Assembly: GCA_030647555.1 (NCBI GenBank)
Contig: JAUSJG010000008.1
Coordinates: forward strand, 129,467-193,466
Source of the DNA: a bacterium
GTDB taxonomy: Bacteria > Patescibacteriota > Andersenbacteria > UBA10190 > CAIZMI01
Reading direction: 5' to 3'
Length of the DNA: 64,000 bases
This document shows positions 39,427-47,064 of the stretch, piece by piece; positions within the stretch are counted from its first letter, which is position 1, and the number at the start of each line of letters is the position of its first letter. A model generated the notes under the pieces. The model was given only the letters and a program-made list of their open reading frames with translations. It had not been told where the DNA came from and ran no database searches. A program made the translations under genes and the position numbers.

Positions 39427-40536
39427 ATGAAAAAAATAGCAATGAAAAAAACGCCTGATCTAATTTTGTTACTCGCCATCATCGCCCTTGTCTCCTTGGG
39501 CAGTTTAATGTTGGTGTCCGCATCATCTGTATTGGGGTTGGACTTGCACAATGATCCTTATTTCTTTGTTCGTCATCAATTGTATTACGGGATATTGCCC
39601 GGTTTGTTTTTACTTATTGTCACGATGTTTGTTCCATATACGTTTTGGCGACGTGCCGTTGTGCCAATTTTGGTTGGGGTGGTTATTCTTCTCTTGATGG
39701 TCTTTGTACCCCAGTTTCAGATGTCTTATGGTGGAGCGTCACGTTGGGTGCGTTTGGGTTTTATCTCCGTTCAACCTGCCGAATTTGCCAAACTCGCGGT
39801 TATTCTTTATTTGGCGGCATTGTTTTCCAGTCGTGAAGAGAAACATGGTCATGTGCATGATACACTGATTCCATTTTTAATTGTTGTTGGGCTGATTGGT
39901 TTTCTCATTATTAAACAACCGGATATAGGTACATTGGTGGTGGTTACTAGCGCGTCCTTGATTATTTATTATCTTGCCGGGGCAAGCTGGAAGCATCTTT
40001 GGATGGTGATTGGTGGTGGATTAGGGACTTTGATTGTTTTAATTCGTCTTGCGCCATATCGCATGGCGCGTTTTACCACCTTTCTTCATCCCGAGTTGGA
40101 TCCAAAGGGGATTGGCTACCAAGTCCACCAAGCATTGCTGGCAGTAGGGTCGGGTGGAATTTGGGGATTAGGCTTTGGAAGAAGTCGACAAAAGTTTCGT
40201 TATCTGCCGGAACCGGCGGGTGATTCAATCTTTGCCATTGCTTCCGAAGAATTGGGATTTTTGCGGATTAGTATCTTGTTGAGTCTGTATATTTTTATTA
40301 TTATTCGGGGTTATCAAATTGCGCGTAAGGCGCCGGATATGTTTAGTAAATTAGTGGCCGGCGGAATTACATCTTGGTTTTTTGTGCAAGCAGTTGTGCA
40401 CATTGGGGCGAATCTTTCGATCTTTCCCTTAACTGGCATTCCGTTACCACTCGTTTCTTATGGAGGATCGGCGATTGTGATAACGCTTGTGGGAGCGGGG
40501 ATACTGCTGAATATCTCACGATATTCGAACGATTAA
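39427..40536 (+). CDS. ftsW: SEDS-family peptidoglycan glycosyltransferase (FtsW/RodA)
   Basis: A polytopic ORF with the C-terminal ...PLTGIPLPLVSYGGSA... signature. Its position between mraY and murG supports ftsW. The start was trimmed to MKKIAMKK. Confidence 0.7.
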   Translation: MKKIAMKKTPDLILLLAIIALVSLGSLMLVSASSVLGLDLHNDPYFFVRHQLYYGILPGLFLLIVTMFVPYTFWRRAVVPILVGVVILLLMVFVPQFQMSYGGASRWVRLGFISVQPAEFAKLAVILYLAALFSSREEKHGHVHDTLIPFLIVVGLIGFLIIKQPDIGTLVVVTSASLIIYYLAGASWKHLWMVIGGGLGTLIVLIRLAPYRMARFTTFLHPELDPKGIGYQVHQALLAVGSGGIWGLGFGRSRQKFRYLPEPAGDSIFAIASEELGFLRISILLSLYIFIIIRGYQIARKAPDMFSKLVAGGITSWFFVQAVVHIGANLSIFPLTGIPLPLVSYGGSAIVITLVGAGILLNISRYSND

Positions 40537-40539
40537 TTT

Positions 40540-40690
40540 GAAATTTACAGTTTTTAATTTGAAATCAATTTGAAATAATTAAATTTGAAATATCTAAAAC
40601 AGCGTTTTCAAATTAAAATATTAAGTTATTTCAAATTGATTAAAAATTTCAAATTTCAAATTAAAAATTAAGGGTTGGTTTTATGGCATA
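40540..40690. repeat. AT-rich inverted array: (ATTTGAAAT)x5 opposed to (ATTTCAAAT)x4 around a central ctaaaacagcgtttt
   Basis: Read directly. It lies in the intergenic region between ftsW and murG. Confidence 0.55.
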
Positions 40691-40739
40691 TTACTGCTAA
40701 TATCAACAAAGAGATGATAAACAGAATAAAAATACAATT

Positions 40740-41936
40740 ATGCGTATCGTTCTAACCGGTGGTGGCTCCGGTGGTCATTTGACGCCTTTGGTTTCGGTTG
40801 CCGATACCCTAAAGCGCATGTATCACGAAGGTGAGATTAGTTTTCCGGAAAGCCGAAATAGTGGCCTTGAAATTAGGTATGTTGGCGTGGTTACAGAAAT
40901 TGATAAGTCGATTCTGGAAAAAGCCGATATTCCATATGAACACATTCCATCGGGCAAAATTAGGCGTTATTTATCGGGCGCGCCGCTTACGGCAATGGAA
41001 ATGTTTGTTCAACTTCCATTCGGAATTTTGCGGGCTTTTTGGCGGATGTATATTTTGATGCCCGAAGTGGTTTTCAGTAAAGGTGGTTACGGATCAATTC
41101 CTGTTGTTATTGCGTCCTGGGTTTATCGGATTCCGATTTTAATGCACGAAACGGATATTGTGCCGGGATTATCTAATAAAAAATTATCGCGCTTTGCATC
41201 GGCGATTGTGGTGGGCTTCCGAAAAGCAGAACAATATTTTAAACAAGATCGGGTTTTTGTCGCCGGTACACCGTTGCGCGAAATCTTTTACAAATTACCG
41301 GACAGAGAAACAGCGCGAAGAGAATTACAATTACATGATCGCAAGCCGGTGTTGTTTGTAACTGGTGGAAGTCAGGGTGCGCAACGGATAAATAACGTGA
41401 TTTTAGAAATGCTGATTCGTGTGTTACCGGATTTTCAGGTGGTGCATCAAGTGGGGCAACTTAATTTGGAACCGGTACAGGAGTTTGTAAGAAGTACGCT
41501 GGGAAATTTTCCAGACATTAGTGATTATCACGTCTTGGGTTTTATCGACGAACGCACGATGGCGAATTGTTTTTCAGCCTCGGATCTTGTTGTTTCCAGG
41601 GCAGGTGGAACAACCCTGGCGGAATTAGCCGTGGCGGGGAAGCCATCTGTTTTAATTCCCTTGGGAGAGTCCGCTAATAATCACCAGTGGGAAAATGCCT
41701 ATTTCTATCGTGAGGCCGGTGCGGCGGTTGTATTAGACGAAAGCAATGTCTCGCCACCTTTGTTAGAAGCAACAATCCGTCGTGTCTTTCAACGTCAAAG
41801 TAATTTAGAATTAATGTCGTCTCGCGTCCGTGAGTTAGCCCGTCCATCCGCGTCGATAGATATAGCGCAATTATTGGTCCAAATGGGTCTTGGCTTCGTG
41901 CCAAGACGAAAATTGGAAGCAGTCAAGGAAAAGTAG
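40740..41936 (+). CDS. murG: UDP-GlcNAc:undecaprenyl-PP-MurNAc-pentapeptide GlcNAc transferase
   Basis: The N-terminus has RIVLTGGGSGGHLTPLVSVAD. The C-terminus has ...VTGGSQGAQRIN... and ...SRAGGTTLAELAVAGKPSVLIP.... Confidence 0.8.
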   Translation: MRIVLTGGGSGGHLTPLVSVADTLKRMYHEGEISFPESRNSGLEIRYVGVVTEIDKSILEKADIPYEHIPSGKIRRYLSGAPLTAMEMFVQLPFGILRAFWRMYILMPEVVFSKGGYGSIPVVIASWVYRIPILMHETDIVPGLSNKKLSRFASAIVVGFRKAEQYFKQDRVFVAGTPLREIFYKLPDRETARRELQLHDRKPVLFVTGGSQGAQRINNVILEMLIRVLPDFQVVHQVGQLNLEPVQEFVRSTLGNFPDISDYHVLGFIDERTMANCFSASDLVVSRAGGTTLAELAVAGKPSVLIPLGESANNHQWENAYFYREAGAAVVLDESNVSPPLLEATIRRVFQRQSNLELMSSRVRELARPSASIDIAQLLVQMGLGFVPRRKLEAVKEK

Positions 41937-42033
41937 CAAAGTCCGTCTTTGCGCCTGCCGGCCATAGCCTTGGCGACGGCTGGAGGCGTTTCAACGCCGA
42001 AGCAATCTCCCGTGGCGTGCTATAATATGCCAG

Positions 42034-42109
42034 TCGTGGGCATGCCAAGGTTGGGAGTTCAGGATTATCACCCAGATCTCGGGGGTTCGATTCCCCTCGT
42101 GTCCACGAT
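42034..42109 (+). other. tRNA-like fragment: canonical T-arm GGGGGTTCGATTCCCCT plus an 8-bp terminal pairing, but no complete cloverleaf
   Basis: The T-arm is at 42081-42097. gtcgtgg (42034-42040) pairs with ccacgat (42103-42109). No D-arm or anticodon arm could be built. caggattatcaccc (42058-42071) is complementary to ggtgataatcctg (42189-42201). Confidence 0.25.
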
Positions 42110-42228
42110 AAAAAAATAATTGTTTTATCACCAACTTTACTCACCAACCTATTGACAAGTTTTTAATTAGTGTGTACGTTTATTGCAGGTGATAATCCTG
42201 ATTCTCTCACTAAGGTGAGATTGACGAA

Positions 42229-42251
42229 AAGCCGCTTCAAGCGGTTTTTTG
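42229..42251 (+). terminator. intrinsic terminator gccgcttcaagcggc + TTTTTTG
   Basis: A GC hairpin followed by a U-tract. Confidence 0.55.
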
Positions 42252-42336
42252 TTTGAGTTAATAATGATAATCGATGAAGCTGGCAGATATTATTGGCTAG
42301 TAGTAGCCAATAATTAATTGTATAAATACACTACTC

Positions 42337-42365
42337 TTGACAATTTCCATTTTTGGGAGTATACT
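42337..42365 (+). promoter_or_regulatory. near-consensus sigma70 promoter TTGACA-N17-TATACT at the left edge of the GC-rich island
   Basis: ttgacaatttccatttttgggagtatact. Confidence 0.45.
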
Positions 42366-42371
42366 TATCTC

Positions 42372-42790
42372 TTAAATTAAAAAGCCAAAGCTCTGTACAC
42401 GATAAATCGCGCATAGCGCTTTGGCGAACAGGAGAGACCCATCCTTCGCTCATGAATGAGCTACGGAGGGCAAGGCGGATCGCAATTTCCACAATTGAAT
42501 AGACGAAGGGATTATGAGCAACAGCGACCTGGGCAAATATACCAGTAGTTCTCATAATCATCCTTTAAAAAGAGCACGGGGTTCTTCGGCGGCCCCTCCC
42601 TTTCGACAAAGGGAGGCCGGGAGGGATTCCGCGCTTCCGTCACTGCACATACTCCTGGCTCAAATTTATTTTATGCCGTATGCAGTATGCGCAGTGACGG
42701 GAAAAAATACCGGTGCTGTCCCGGTTAAATCTGTTTCGGTCGCGCATGACAGTAGCGACCAGTCGTCATAATCCGAAAAGGAAAAGACTC
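42372..42790 (+). ncRNA. candidate highly structured leader / ncRNA (about 420 nt)
   Basis: It carries four perfect hairpins in series: agccaaagc...gctttggcg, gattatgag...ctcataatc, cctccctttcgacaaagggagg and gtcactgcacatac...gtatgcgcagtgac. The 85-aa ORF track call at 42514 is low-complexity. Confidence 0.3.
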
Positions 42791-42991
42791 ATGACGACAA
42801 AGACCAAATTTCTGACCGTGGTGGCAGTGGGCCACCAGTATCGAACGCATGAACTGACCGGGGTTGCTGGCGAAGCGAAGGAAATCGTTCGCCAAGTGGC
42901 CAAACGCACGGATGCGTTTCGCCAGGAATATATCCTCCGGCGGTTGGTTACGCGCGAGCAACGGACGCTCGCACTGGCGACTACTCGATAA
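42791..42991 (+). CDS. hypothetical small basic protein (66 aa)
   Basis: An RBS (aaaaggaaaag) precedes the ATG. MTTKTKFLTVVAVGHQYRTHELTGVAGEAKEIVRQVAKR... Confidence 0.3.
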   Translation: MTTKTKFLTVVAVGHQYRTHELTGVAGEAKEIVRQVAKRTDAFRQEYILRRLVTREQRTLALATTR

Positions 42992-43083
42992 TCGTCGCCA
43001 CGAAAAAACCGACGGCTCTCTGTGGGTGTAGCTGTCGGTGATTAGTAGAAACACCCCTGATCAAAATTTACGGAAGACCAGAC

Positions 43084-43150
43084 ATCGCGTCTCGGTCTTC
43101 CTCCCATCAATGCCTAGTACACCGGCCTAAATTTATTTATTGCCGTTTTG
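43084..43150 (+). promoter_or_regulatory. conserved upstream element copy 1: inverted repeat CAATGCCTAGTACA...TGTACGAGGCATTG around CCGGCCTAAATTTATTTATTGCCG
   Basis: It is about 62 bp and nearly identical to 53081-53146. Confidence 0.55.
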
Positions 43151-43163
43151 TTGTACGAGGCAT

Positions 43164-43205
43164 TGACGGGAAAGTAGTTTTTTAGAGTCGACCAAACCGT
43201 CGCCA
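43164..43205 (+). promoter_or_regulatory. conserved 5'UTR copy 1 (GAGTCGACCAAACCGTCGCCATGGCGGGGAGGTCTTAACAA) with an embedded strong SD
   Basis: The same 42-mer, with 1-2 mismatches, lies at 52141-52182. Confidence 0.55.
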
Positions 43206-43239
43206 TGGCGGGGAGGTCTTAACAATTAGGAGAACAATC

Positions 43240-43551
43240 ATGGCAGGAACGTACAACGTGATCGTCGATGCCGCCGCCCCCGCCACGACCTTGAAAATCG
43301 GTTTTGGCAGTCCGGCCCAGAACGACCAGATCGTGAAGGATGCGGTCGCGGCCGTGAAGGCGCTCGGCTTGACCGGCGGGAAGCTGGTCAAGTTGAACGG
43401 GCCGGCTTCGTTGCCGGTGGCCGTCGCCATCGGGCACGAGGTGGCCCACCTGTTCGGGGCCGTCGCGGTGTTCGACCCGAAACTCGGGAACAAATACGTC
43501 GTGGTGGTGAGCCACGACCCCGATTTCGCGGTCGGTAGCGTCATCGAGTAG
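43240..43551 (+). CDS. island gene A: 103-aa protein resembling a degenerate (P-loop-less) copy of the NK-like domain of genes B and C
   Basis: LVKLNGPASLPVAVAIGHEVAHLFG aligns positionally with VILCGPPRSGKSCMRQGLKDAIKII of B. VVVVSHDPDFAVGSV resembles LVVVAEIHSDYNGAEDTV of B. The comparison was made by eye. Confidence 0.4.
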   Translation: MAGTYNVIVDAAAPATTLKIGFGSPAQNDQIVKDAVAAVKALGLTGGKLVKLNGPASLPVAVAIGHEVAHLFGAVAVFDPKLGNKYVVVVSHDPDFAVGSVIE

Positions 43552-43711
43552 GGTTCTTTCAGGCCAAATCATGGTTGATGCGGCCTAAATCGTACACGAA
43601 GGAGGTCCGAGTATGACGCTCGACCTCCTTCCTTTTCTTCAGAGCGCGACAAACGTTGTCGTGCGCTCAAGTAAAAGATTTTAAACCCGCCGCGGCGGGA
43701 AGGAGAAAATC

Positions 43712-44293
43712 ATGAAAGTCATACTTTGTGGTCCCCCGCGGAGCGGGAAGTCCTGCATGAGGCAGGGCTTAAAGGATGCGATTAAGATTATTCCGGGTGC
43801 ACCGTATCCGTATGTTATCACGGCGTGCCCGGACGGTGAGGGGGCTTGGTTCCAGGAAACTGTGAACCAGGACCCTGATTTGGCCAAGAGGTGCAAGGAT
43901 GCATACAAGGCCAAGTTCACGCCGGAATTTGTGCAGAGGATAGCGGATTCTGTGCAAAATTGCTCGCTACCGCTCACGCTCGTGGATATCGGTGGCATCC
44001 CGAGCGCGGAGAACGAGGCGATTTGCGCCTCGGCCACCCACGCCATTTTGTTGGCAGGCGACCTCGGCCGTTTGCCCGAGTGGCACGCGTTTTGCAAAAA
44101 ACTCGGGCTCGTTGTTGTTGCCGAGATCCACTCGGACTACAATGGGGCCGAGGACACCGTCCCCCAACTCGGCGAGGACGGCATCTATCGCGGTTCGGTT
44201 CACCATCTTGAACGAGGTGAACAGACCGCCGCCCGCCCGACGATTCGGGCGCTGGCCGAGATTCTCGTCGGGATGGTTACCGACAAGAATTGA
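43712..44293 (+). CDS. island gene B: small P-loop NTPase, nucleoside/polynucleotide-kinase-like (193 aa)
   Basis: Walker A MKVILCGPPRSGKS lies at the extreme N-terminus. The LTLVDIGG block is Walker-B-like. An RBS (ggaaggag) precedes the start. Confidence 0.55.
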   Translation: MKVILCGPPRSGKSCMRQGLKDAIKIIPGAPYPYVITACPDGEGAWFQETVNQDPDLAKRCKDAYKAKFTPEFVQRIADSVQNCSLPLTLVDIGGIPSAENEAICASATHAILLAGDLGRLPEWHAFCKKLGLVVVAEIHSDYNGAEDTVPQLGEDGIYRGSVHHLERGEQTAARPTIRALAEILVGMVTDKN

Positions 44294-44427
44294 TTTCTAA
44301 TCAACCAACGGTTGTGGGTTATCCTGTAAAACCCTCTTCTGATTCGAGAGTGTGTACTCTCGCTGATGACGCCGAAAGGCAGAAATCAGAAACTGAAATC
44401 AAAAAAAATTTTCGCGGAGGAGAACCG

Positions 44428-46122
44428 ATGCGAAGAGTAATTGTATGCGGGCCACCGCATTCGGGCAAGTCGGTGTTCCTGGCTAACCTGCAAAGGTTGT
44501 TGCCAGTTGAGCACCACATGCTCATCTTCGGTGCCCCCGATGGGGAGTGGCATTGGACCAACGGGGCCAACCAATCCCTCGTTCGCGAGACCCGCCAAAA
44601 GCGGAGTTTTTCGGATGACTGGTGCGACGGCATTCTTAATGCCATCGCGCAAGCCGAGCAACGGCTCGTTCTGGTTGACACCGGAGGAAAAAGACTCTCG
44701 CCGAACGACCGGATTTTCCGGGCGTGCGACGCCTTCATTATTCTCTCTTCTTCCAAGGAGGAGATAATTGAGTGGCGCCGCTTCGGCGAGGAAAACGGAT
44801 GCCTGTGCATTGCTGAATTGGATTCGGCGCTGCAAGGTGAAGATCAAATTTATCTGGACGCGAGCGATGGAATTCTCCGCGGACGGATAACTGGTCTGGA
44901 ACGGGGGCAGGAGATTGATTCCCCAGTTCTGGATGCAGTGGCAGGAAAACTTCGTAAAGTCATTGAGGTGAATGCCGAGATGACGGAAGCGGAGCTTCTG
45001 GCCAATATCAACGGGGCTAAGCTGGTTGACCACCTTGGGATCACGGATCGGACTGATCCTTACCTTGGTGTACGGCCATGGCACACGGCGCCGGCGTTGA
45101 AAATCACGGCCGTGGCGCGGAGGTTGGAAACGGTGCGGATTTGGAATGTCCGTGCCAGTTTTCTTTCGTGCGCGTTTGCGACAACACTGCCCGGCAAGGT
45201 GGAGCTCTTCGGAGTTTCCGATGGATATGTTCCATTGCCGAAGGTTGCGCCAAACGGCGACGGCGCGGGCGATCTGGCGTGGGAAGTCGCGGAATTTTCC
45301 GACTACACTTTGGTGGAGTATCGGAAAAACGGATTTTTCACAAAAGAGAAACTCGCCGATGTTGTGCCGCCGGTAGTGAACACCCGAAAGGGTGTTGTGC
45401 TGGCGACAGACGGTCCGCCGATCTGGCTGGACGCGACGATCGCAAGATCGTACGCGAAAGCCGGTGTGCCGTTTGTGGCTGTGTTTGTACCCGTTGAGTC
45501 GGGGCGAGTACAGCAGGACGGAACGCGGTGGGATGAGGCGCATCCGCAGGATGGGCCGTGCGTCGTTATTTATGGCGAAGCGGAAAAGGTGGGGGAAGTA
45601 ATTTCCGTGCCGATCTCGCTTCTGAAGTGGAATGGCGGCGGACGGCAGTGGCAACTGGGTTCCGGTGAGGTCGTAAAAGACCGACCGCATAGCCACGTGG
45701 CGACACATCCGTCGGTTTTGCCACTTGTCGGCGAAGCGCTTGCGCGAATTGAGTCCGCCGGGCGCGACAATATTGTGGAGGAAATAGACTTCGGACGGAC
45801 GGTGGGTGAGATGATTTGCGTCGAAACAAGTAATGACGACGAGATCGTTTTTGCACAACGTCAGAACCGAAAAGGACTGACGCGGTTTGTGAAAAACCGG
45901 CAACCCACGTTGTGTAACAGTGTTACGGTTTGTCTCACGAAAGCGGAAGGAAACGGCCATTACGTTTTGGCCACCGCTTTTGTGGGAAAGAGAGCGCCGG
46001 CAGAGCCGTGGGACGTGGAATGGGCGACGGAGCAATCCGTCCCGTTCTGGAACACCCACGCGCTTATCTGGGGCGCGGAAACTTTTTTGGCGGACACTGA
46101 AACGAATCGGTGTCCGTGGTAA
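44428..46122 (+). CDS. island gene C: N-terminal NK-like P-loop domain (paralogue of B) fused to an uncharacterised C-terminal region of about 380 aa
   Basis: MRRVIVCGPPHSGKSV, APDGEWHW (compare CPDGEGAW in B) and RLVLVDTGG are present. The start was trimmed to the ATG preceded by ggaggag; the ORF track start at 44290 lies inside the 3' end of gene B. Confidence 0.55.
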   Translation: MRRVIVCGPPHSGKSVFLANLQRLLPVEHHMLIFGAPDGEWHWTNGANQSLVRETRQKRSFSDDWCDGILNAIAQAEQRLVLVDTGGKRLSPNDRIFRACDAFIILSSSKEEIIEWRRFGEENGCLCIAELDSALQGEDQIYLDASDGILRGRITGLERGQEIDSPVLDAVAGKLRKVIEVNAEMTEAELLANINGAKLVDHLGITDRTDPYLGVRPWHTAPALKITAVARRLETVRIWNVRASFLSCAFATTLPGKVELFGVSDGYVPLPKVAPNGDGAGDLAWEVAEFSDYTLVEYRKNGFFTKEKLADVVPPVVNTRKGVVLATDGPPIWLDATIARSYAKAGVPFVAVFVPVESGRVQQDGTRWDEAHPQDGPCVVIYGEAEKVGEVISVPISLLKWNGGGRQWQLGSGEVVKDRPHSHVATHPSVLPLVGEALARIESAGRDNIVEEIDFGRTVGEMICVETSNDDEIVFAQRQNRKGLTRFVKNRQPTLCNSVTVCLTKAEGNGHYVLATAFVGKRAPAEPWDVEWATEQSVPFWNTHALIWGAETFLADTETNRCPW

Positions 46123-46132
46123 GGAACAAAAA

Positions 46133-46564
46133 ATGAAGACGTATGCAGTGGCAGTGGATGGTGGGCGGACGGGACACGCGGTGGCAACCCTGCGGGCCGA
46201 GATCAACCTCGGTCTGAAAAAGGGCTACGCGGGATTCCTTCAGGAAAAGCAGGAGGTCATTGACTTCCTGAAGGACCTGTACCGCACGGCAGTCGCGGCG
46301 GGACGGAACTACGTCCCGGTCTGCATCCAGCAGACGGAGATCGTCTACGCGTACCAGACTGGCGATGGTCCGGTAGCGGACGCCGAACCGGCATTGACCC
46401 TTTTTTCCGACAAGTCGCCACTTTATGCGGCGGACATGTCGGACGATCAGTGGAAGGCCGCCGTCGAGGAATTGGCAGCCGCGTTGGCTGATCGGTTCCA
46501 ACAGTTCCGGGTGTACGTGTCGTACATCCAAGTGGAGGTGAAGATCCTCCAGCAGGTGAAGTAG
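46133..46564 (+). CDS. island gene D: hypothetical 143-aa protein
   Basis: An RBS (aaggaac) precedes the ATG. MKTYAVAVDGGRTGHAVATL weakly resembles the N-terminus of gene A (MAGTYNVIVDAAAPATT). Confidence 0.4.
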   Translation: MKTYAVAVDGGRTGHAVATLRAEINLGLKKGYAGFLQEKQEVIDFLKDLYRTAVAAGRNYVPVCIQQTEIVYAYQTGDGPVADAEPALTLFSDKSPLYAADMSDDQWKAAVEELAAALADRFQQFRVYVSYIQVEVKILQQVK

Positions 46565-46588
46565 TACTTCTCCTGCGAATCGATCTTC

Positions 46589-46628
46589 GGCAAGTCCACG
46601 CATTGCGCGCGGACTTGCCACTTTTTTA
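46589..46628 (+). terminator. intrinsic terminator ggcaagtccacgcattgcgcgcggacttgcc + ACTTTTTT, followed by a second hairpin gtgttcgcgatgcgcgaacac
   Basis: A 9-bp GC stem followed by a U-tract. Confidence 0.55.
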
Positions 46629-46706
46629 AAGTTTATCAGTGGAAGTGTTCGCGATGCGCGAACACCTGATGGGCTTTTAGAAGTTTTTTTGAAAAGGAGA
46701 CACAGG

Positions 46707-47054
46707 GTGAAAAAAATCCTGTGGATGTCGCGCCACCGGCCGACCGCGAGGCAGATTAATGCCTTGCGCCAGATGCATGGCGCGGACGCGGTGGTGGAAC
46801 AGGAGGACCGTCCGTTTGACGACGCGCGAGAAATCGTGTGCCGGTACAGGCGAGATGGTTACGACGACATGGTGGTCGTCGCTCCGCTTTCAGTAATCGC
46901 GGTTTTGTGCCAGGAAGGCATTAGACCGCTTTGGTCCGAAGCCACCGAGGAAAACGATCCGAGAAAGATCGAATTTCGCGGCGCGCGCGGGCAAGGGTAT
47001 CGTTTCGTAAGGTTCCGCCGCATTAAGTGCGTGCGGGTTGAATTCGAAGAATAA
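46707..47054 (+). CDS. island gene E: 115-aa protein, a possible second degenerate NK-like paralogue
   Basis: There is a GTG start with an RBS (aaaggaga). KKILWMSRHRPTARQINALRQM aligns with KVILCGPPRSGKSCMRQGLKDA, but the GKS is lost. This is by-eye inference. Confidence 0.35.
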   Translation: MKKILWMSRHRPTARQINALRQMHGADAVVEQEDRPFDDAREIVCRYRRDGYDDMVVVAPLSVIAVLCQEGIRPLWSEATEENDPRKIEFRGARGQGYRFVRFRRIKCVRVEFEE

Positions 47055-47064
47055 GGAAAATGAG

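Noticed and set aside
44386-46206. 606-aa minus-strand ORF antisense to island gene C
   Set aside because: It is a GC-rich antisense artefact: Arg-rich and low-complexity, with no RBS. The plus-strand gene has a Walker A motif, an SD and operon continuity.
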